64,000 nt of DNA from Escherichia coli (lineage in GTDB: Bacteria; Pseudomonadota; Gammaproteobacteria; Enterobacterales; Enterobacteriaceae), in NCBI RefSeq assembly GCF_003790525.1, contig NZ_CP033635.1; one strand, written 5' to 3'. The stretch's first letter is position 1. The number at the start of each line of letters is the position of its first letter. Made by a program: the position numbers and the translations under genes. Shown piece after piece: positions 58,595 through 64,000 of this stretch. Under the pieces are notes generated by a model. It did no database searches. It was not told the origin of the DNA and saw nothing but the letters and a program-made list of their open reading frames with translations.

Positions 58595-59104
58595 ATGTCT
58601 TCCCGCAATAATCCGGCGCGTGTCGCCATCGTGATGGGGTCCAAAAGCGACTGGGCTACCATGCAGTTCGCCGCCGAAATCTTCGAAATCCTGAATGTCC
58701 CGCACCACGTTGAAGTGGTTTCTGCTCACCGCACCCCCGACAAACTGTTCAGCTTCGCCGAAAGCGCCGAAGAAAACGGTTATCAGGTGATTATTGCGGG
58801 CGCAGGCGGCGCGGCGCACCTGCCAGGTATGATTGCCGCCAAAACGCTGGTGCCGGTGCTGGGCGTGCCAGTACAGAGCGCCGCACTGAGCGGTGTCGAT
58901 AGTCTCTACTCCATCGTACAAATGCCGCGCGGCATTCCGGTGGGTACGCTGGCGATTGGTAAAGCTGGCGCGGCAAACGCGGCGTTACTGGCAGCACAAA
59001 TTCTTGCGACTCATGATAAAGAACTGCACCAGCGTCTGAATGACTGGCGCAAAGCCCAGACTGACGAAGTGCTGGAAAACCCGGACCCGCGAGGTGCGGC
59101 ATGA
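58595..59104 (+). CDS. purE: N5-carboxyaminoimidazole ribonucleotide mutase
   Basis: 169-aa protein starting [20 protein letters not shown], with AGGAG upstream; the listed ORF has a 9-codon extension. Confidence 0.95.
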   Translation: MSSRNNPARVAIVMGSKSDWATMQFAAEIFEILNVPHHVEVVSAHRTPDKLFSFAESAEENGYQVIIAGAGGAAHLPGMIAAKTLVPVLGVPVQSAALSGVDSLYSIVQMPRGIPVGTLAIGKAGAANAALLAAQILATHDKELHQRLNDWRKAQTDEVLENPDPRGAA

Positions 59105-60168
59105 AACAGGTTTGCGTCCTCGGTAACGGGCAGTTAGGCCGTATGCTGCGTCAGGCAGGCGAACCGTTAGGCATTGCTGTCTGGCCAGTCGGGCTGGACG
59201 CTGAACCGGCGGCGGTGCCTTTTCAACAAAGTGTGATTACCGCTGAGATCGAACGCTGGCCGGAAACCGCATTAACCCGCGAGCTGGCGCGCCATCCGGC
59301 CTTTGTGAACCGCGATGTGTTCCCGATTATTGCTGACCGTCTGACTCAGAAGCAGCTTTTCGATAAGCTCCACCTGCCGACCGCACCGTGGCAGTTACTT
59401 GCCGATCGCAGCGAGTGGCCTGCGGTGTTTGATCGTTTAGGTGAGCTGGCGATTGTTAAGCGTCGCACTGGTGGCTATGACGGACGCGGTCAATGGCGTT
59501 TACGCGCCGATGAAACCGAACAGTTACCGACTGAATGCTACGGCGAATGTATTGTCGAGCAGGGCATAAACTTCTCTGGTGAAGTGTCGCTGGTTGGCGC
59601 GCGCGGCTTTGATGGTAGTACCGTGTTTTATCCGCTGACGCATAACCTGCATCAGGACGGTATTTTGCGCACCAGCGTCGCTTTCCCGCAGGCCAACGCG
59701 CAGCAGCAGGCGCAGGCCGAAGAGATGCTGTCGGCGATTATGCAGGAGCTGGGCTATGTGGGCGTGATGGCGATGGAGTGTTTTGTCACCCCACAAGGTC
59801 TGCTGATCAACGAACTGGCTCCGCGTGTGCATAACAGTGGGCACTGGACGCAAAACGGTGCCAGCATCAGCCAGTTTGAGCTGCATCTGCGGGCGATTAC
59901 CGATCTGCCGTTACCACAACCGGTGGTGAATAGTCCGTCGGTGATGATCAACCTGATTGGTAGCGATGTGAATTATGACTGGCTGAAACTGCCGCTGGTG
60001 CATCTGCACTGGTACGACAAAGAAGTCCGTCCGGGGCGTAAAGTGGGGCATTTAAATTTGACCGACAGCGACACATCGCGTCTGACCGCGACGCTGGAAG
60101 CCTTAATCCCGCTGCTGCCGCCAGAATATGCTAGCGGCGTGATTTGGGCGCAGAGCAAGTTCAGTTAA
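59101..60168 (+). CDS. purK: N5-carboxyaminoimidazole ribonucleotide synthetase (ATP-grasp)
   Basis: 355-aa ORF; its ATG overlaps the purE stop (ATGA). Confidence 0.95.
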   Translation: MKQVCVLGNGQLGRMLRQAGEPLGIAVWPVGLDAEPAAVPFQQSVITAEIERWPETALTRELARHPAFVNRDVFPIIADRLTQKQLFDKLHLPTAPWQLLADRSEWPAVFDRLGELAIVKRRTGGYDGRGQWRLRADETEQLPTECYGECIVEQGINFSGEVSLVGARGFDGSTVFYPLTHNLHQDGILRTSVAFPQANAQQQAQAEEMLSAIMQELGYVGVMAMECFVTPQGLLINELAPRVHNSGHWTQNGASISQFELHLRAITDLPLPQPVVNSPSVMINLIGSDVNYDWLKLPLVHLHWYDKEVRPGRKVGHLNLTDSDTSRLTATLEALIPLLPPEYASGVIWAQSKFS

Positions 60169-60185
60169 TTGATGCTCATTTTCTT

Positions 60186-60370
60186 GCCGCATGCGGCGTG
60201 AACGCCTTATCCGGCCTACCGTTCCAACACCGACTGTAGGCCTGATAAGATGCGCCAGCATCGCATCAGGCATGGTGTGCCGATTGCCGGATGCGGCGTG
60301 AACGCCTTATCCGGCCTACCGTTCCGACACCGCCTGTAGACCTGATAAGACGCGCCAGCATCGCATCAGG
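60186..60370. repeat. BIME: four REP palindromes in alternating orientation downstream of purK
   Basis: REP units at about 60186-60219, 60235-60270, 60286-60319 and 60335-60370, i.e. an approximately 100-bp unit repeated twice (GCCGGATGCGGCGTGAACGCCTTATCCGGCCTAC and GTAGGCCTGATAAG..CATCAGGC). Confidence 0.75.
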
Positions 60371-60400
60371 CTAGATGTGCCAATTGCCTGGTGCCCATCA

Positions 60401-61294
60401 CTACAGCGAAATACAGGTCCCCGCTTCGCCCGCCAGCGTCTCTTCAATTCGCGATAACGCCCCAATCCACGCGGGTTTACCACGGCTTCTGACATAGCCA
60501 CTCACTGCCGTTACCTTCGGCCCCATCGAACCATCGGCTTTGGCAAGTGGCGCTAACTCATCCGGTGTGGCATGGCGAATGGCACGTTGCTGCGGCGTTC
60601 CCCAGTTTTCATATACCGCATCAGCATCGGTGAGGATCACCAGTCCATCGGCATTAATCTGCTCGGCGAGCAACGCAGCGGCGAGATCTTTATCAATCAC
60701 TGCTTCACTCCCTACTCCGTCATCCGTCACAGGCACACCGCCGCCGCCACTGCAAATCACCACATGCCCCTCTTTGAGCAACAACTCGATGGCTTCGCTG
60801 TCGAGAATATTACGCGGTTGCGGAGACGCCACCACCCGGCGCAAATATTTACCATCACGTTTCATCTGCCAGCCGTAAGCAGCTTCCAGTGCCTCTTGTT
60901 CTTCTGGCTGATAAACCGGACCGATAAACTTCTCTGGCTGCAAAAACGCCGGATCATCAGGCGAAACCTCAATGCGCGTCAGCACCGTCGTGACAGGCGG
61001 CATCTGCGGCTGTGCGCTCAAGCTCTGCACCAGCATATAGCCAATCATCCCCTGGCTTTCCGCCACCAGCACATCCAGCGGATACGGTTCTACCTCTTTC
61101 CACGCCAGATTCTGTAACGCCAACAGCCCCACCTGTGGCCCGTTGCCGTGAACAATCGCCAGCCGATAAGAACGGGCCAGGCGCGCCAGCGCGGGTACAG
61201 CACTGGCAATATTGCGATATTGATTTTCTGCCGTCAGCGCCTCACCGCGCTGGAGTAAGGCGTTGCCCCCAAGAGCCACAACCAGTGTTTTCAT
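60401..61294 (-). CDS. ybcF: Carbamate kinase-like protein (ArcC family)
   Basis: 297-aa protein starting [18 protein letters not shown] (amino-acid kinase fold); the listed ORF has a 38-codon extension overlapping ylbF. Confidence 0.88.
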   Translation of the reverse strand: MKTLVVALGGNALLQRGEALTAENQYRNIASAVPALARLARSYRLAIVHGNGPQVGLLALQNLAWKEVEPYPLDVLVAESQGMIGYMLVQSLSAQPQMPPVTTVLTRIEVSPDDPAFLQPEKFIGPVYQPEEQEALEAAYGWQMKRDGKYLRRVVASPQPRNILDSEAIELLLKEGHVVICSGGGGVPVTDDGVGSEAVIDKDLAAALLAEQINADGLVILTDADAVYENWGTPQQRAIRHATPDELAPLAKADGSMGPKVTAVSGYVRSRGKPAWIGALSRIEETLAGEAGTCISL

Positions 61295-62106
61295 GGTTTT
61301 CCTTGTAATAATTGTTGGCCAAGCCAGAACCCCAGCAGCGTATCGGCCCCTGACGTATGCCCCAGCGCCAGCAGCGAATCGATCGCCGCTGCGGTACGTT
61401 TCGGGCAACTCAGAGCATGAACAAAGTGCAGGAGTGGCGAGGCGAAATATCCTTGCGCGGCATAACGTAAATAACTGACGCTCACCGCTGTGGTAACGAG
61501 TTGAAGATTGTCGGAACAGGCAAAAAACGGGCGACCGGAGCGCGCATCTAAAGCGCCATAATACCAGGCCGCCAGCAGCATTCCGCTCAGCGTGTCATCA
61601 TGACTTGGCGTTAATCCTGGGCCTTTACCCAGCCAGTGCCGCCAGTCGGTCTTAACGCCATTGAGCGCGGCCTGAAAACAGTGACGAAACTGGCGTAACT
61701 CAGCAGGCAGCGGATCGCTTGCCGCCATCGCCAGTGGCCCGAAAAGCCCGGTTTCCTCCGCGCGTTGCATCCATGCAGCTGCAAGCGGTTGAGGATGCGC
61801 AGGCGGCGTAATACGCAGCAAACAATAACGCTGTGGCTGTTTAACCGTGAAACGTCCGAGGCGAATGCCTTGAGCCACAACCTGTGGTCGTTCATTGCCG
61901 CATAATCCACCGCATAACGCATCGAATTGCGCGCGGCGAAGCACCCATCCTCCGGGGCCGAAACCACTCCCCTGACGATGCAGCGTTAACAGTTCGCCGC
62001 TTTCCGTCATCAGGTTAATCGCCCGCCGCCAGATGCCCGCTAACCGCCAGGACTGGCAATAATTCGGTGCACTACGGCTGGCAAGCAGAGGATGGATGAT
62101 CGTCAT
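61291..62106 (-). CDS. ylbF: DUF2877 protein YlbF
   Basis: 271-aa protein starting MTIIHPLL; its stop overlaps the ybcF start (ATGA on the coding strand). Confidence 0.85.
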   Translation of the reverse strand: MTIIHPLLASRSAPNYCQSWRLAGIWRRAINLMTESGELLTLHRQGSGFGPGGWVLRRAQFDALCGGLCGNERPQVVAQGIRLGRFTVKQPQRYCLLRITPPAHPQPLAAAWMQRAEETGLFGPLAMAASDPLPAELRQFRHCFQAALNGVKTDWRHWLGKGPGLTPSHDDTLSGMLLAAWYYGALDARSGRPFFACSDNLQLVTTAVSVSYLRYAAQGYFASPLLHFVHALSCPKRTAAAIDSLLALGHTSGADTLLGFWLGQQLLQGKP

Positions 62107-62116
62107 TGCGCGTTCC

Positions 62117-63376
62117 TCAACCAATACCCATGCTTTCAGCCAGAGCTTCCAGCGCCTGTTCAAAGCACGCCAGCGGTGCCCGCACGGTGCCTGCACCAAT
62201 CTGCCCGATCCCCGCCTCTTTATGGGCGATACCCGTATTGATGAGTGGTGTAATGCCGGTTTCTACCACGCGACGAATATCCAGCCCCAGACACGCGCCC
62301 TGGAAATCCCAGCCAGGGATCTGCAACTGCATATTGCGTTCAAGGAAGATTTCTGCCATCTCTTCAGATACTGCTCTGGCTGCTTCCATACCACCCGCAC
62401 CGACAAAGCGTGTTACGCCAGGGGCGGCGATCATTGCCGCACCACCGATACCAAAGGTTTCGGTAATCGCGCTATCGCCCATATCCGGGTTCGCCTGCTC
62501 CTGCGAGAAGCCGGTGAAAAACAGACCTTGCGGAGTGTTTACAGGCGCAGTAAACCAGCGCTCGCCCAGCCCACTTACCCGAATCCCGAACATATTGCCG
62601 TTGCGGGTCATAGCCGTAACGATGCTGCCCGCGCGGATCATCGCGCCTGCATCCATCGCCGCCTTGCAATAGGCCATCGCGAGGTTGAGGAAGAACTGAT
62701 CGGTCACGCTGAGGAAATCCATCACTTCCGCGATGTGCTGTTTATCGTGATTGAGGCGAGCAATTTGTGGGGCCAGCGCGCGCATCAACAGTGCTGAGGA
62801 TGCAATGTTGCGCTGATGGAACTCATCGCCCATGGTAATGCCCTGTGCCATCATCGCGGTGAGATCGATACCGCGCTCCATGCGCCCCAGCGCCGCGCTT
62901 AATACTGGCATTAACACATCGCGCATCCAGCGATGGCGAGTCAGGACATCTTCGCCGTAAGCGCCAAAACGCATCACTTTGCCGATACCTTCGTTGAGGT
63001 TGCAGTAGGCCCGGTTGCCGTCGGTCACGTTCTCGACCACCAGCATCGGCATACTGGCAGAAGTAATGCCACCCATTGGCCCGACGGCATTCACATGGTG
63101 ACAAGGAATGAAGTTCACTTCCCCCTGCTCCAGCATCGCCAGCGCCTGCGCTTCATCTTTCGCCCAGCCTTCGAACAGACATGCGCCCACGCACGCCCCT
63201 TTCATGGGTCCGGTCATCTCCTGCCAGCGCATTGGCGGCCCGGCGTGAAGCAGTGTTTTGCCCTTGTTTAGTTCGCTGATAAGTGAAGAAGCCGGTTGCA
63301 CATCCAGCCAGTGTGGACGAGCGCGACGAATTTGTTCGATAACCGCAGCATTGGCTTGCGCCACTGATGTAAACAT
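62117..63376 (-). CDS. ylbE: DUF1116 protein YlbE (intact reading frame)
   Basis: Uninterrupted 419-aa ORF starting [26 protein letters not shown]. Confidence 0.85.
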   Translation of the reverse strand: MFTSVAQANAAVIEQIRRARPHWLDVQPASSLISELNKGKTLLHAGPPMRWQEMTGPMKGACVGACLFEGWAKDEAQALAMLEQGEVNFIPCHHVNAVGPMGGITSASMPMLVVENVTDGNRAYCNLNEGIGKVMRFGAYGEDVLTRHRWMRDVLMPVLSAALGRMERGIDLTAMMAQGITMGDEFHQRNIASSALLMRALAPQIARLNHDKQHIAEVMDFLSVTDQFFLNLAMAYCKAAMDAGAMIRAGSIVTAMTRNGNMFGIRVSGLGERWFTAPVNTPQGLFFTGFSQEQANPDMGDSAITETFGIGGAAMIAAPGVTRFVGAGGMEAARAVSEEMAEIFLERNMQLQIPGWDFQGACLGLDIRRVVETGITPLINTGIAHKEAGIGQIGAGTVRAPLACFEQALEALAESMGIG

Positions 63377-63385
63377 GGGAACCCC

Positions 63386-64000
63386 TTATTGCAAACGTTC
63401 TAATAAACGAGCCAGTTTTTTATTGCCGCCGGCGACTGGCGACCATTGGTAATGCACAACCGGTTTGCTGGCGCTTTGTAGCTCCAGCGCAAAGCTGCGT
63501 AATCCGATGTTAATCACGGCGACGTTTTCCAGTAATGACGGTGTGTGTTGCTGTGTGGCAGGCGAGAGCGGATGAATTAACGCCGCCGCCAGCAAGGTGG
63601 CTTCCGGTAGCGAACTCACTACCGCGATCCCCGCATCTTCCAACGTGGCGATTTGCTGCGCGCGGCATTGCGGGTCACGTTCAGTGCCTGTCACCGTGGC
63701 AATGGCATACAGTGGTTGATTGTCTGAACGCGCGGCACAGGCTTTTTGCCAGGCGCTCACCAGCGAGGCGGCAGGATCGGCGGTCGCACCGAAGCCAATC
63801 ACGACATCAAGCAGCAACACGCGCACTTGCGGTTTAGCGCCGAGATCGGCAATTAACAGGTTGCGTAAGGTCGGGTCGATCATCGGATGGGGACGCCCGA
63901 CGGTGTAAAAATCATCGCCCAGGTCGAGGATCTGATGTCCGTCGGCGTCCAGCATCATGCCATGTTGATGGGTATCGTCGGCTTCCACGCCAAGGTGTCC
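63386..64000 (-). CDS. fdrA: FdrA (acyl-CoA synthetase/succinyl-CoA synthetase-like) protein, C-terminal part; gene continues beyond the window end
   Basis: Frame open from the window end (64000) to the stop at 63386-63388; the 200-aa visible segment matches the remembered FdrA C-terminus. Confidence 0.8.
   Translation of the reverse strand, partial: GHLGVEADDTHQHGMMLDADGHQILDLGDDFYTVGRPHPMIDPTLRNLLIADLGAKPQVRVLLLDVVIGFGATADPAASLVSAWQKACAARSDNQPLYAIATVTGTERDPQCRAQQIATLEDAGIAVVSSLPEATLLAAALIHPLSPATQQHTPSLLENVAVINIGLRSFALELQSASKPVVHYQWSPVAGGNKKLARLLERLQ

Overview
This 64-kb window is a well-characterised Escherichia coli chromosomal segment with K-12-like gene order, read on the strand opposite to the usual MG1655 orientation. 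Gene identities were assigned by recognising the translated ORFs from memory; no database search was possible. In order it contains: ybdH (5' partial), ybdD and cstA; the enterobactin biosynthesis and ferric-enterobactin transport cluster (entH-entA-entB-entE-entC, fepB, entS, fepDGC, fepE, entF, ybdZ, fes, fepA-entD) with Fur boxes in its three divergent promoter regions; an IS186 copy lying 22 bp downstream of the hokE toxin gene; ybdK, ybdJ, ybdF, nfsB, ybdG and pheP; the copper/silver efflux locus cusCFBA with divergent cusRS; nfrB-nfrA-ybcH; envY; tRNA-Arg(UCU) argU; fimZ and the sfmACDHF chaperone-usher fimbrial operon; folD, ybcJ, ybcI, cysS, ppiB, lpxH, purEK; and the tail of the allantoin cluster (ybcF, ylbF, ylbE, fdrA 5' partial). 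I found no convincing novel or undescribed system: every ORF longer than about 150 codons that is not an antisense shadow of a known gene is accounted for. The observations most worth a second look are structural: envY sits about 45 bp from argU, so the DLP12 prophage that occupies this site in K-12 is absent; the IS186 transposase is split into two overlapping frames at a G5 run; and ylbE is intact.
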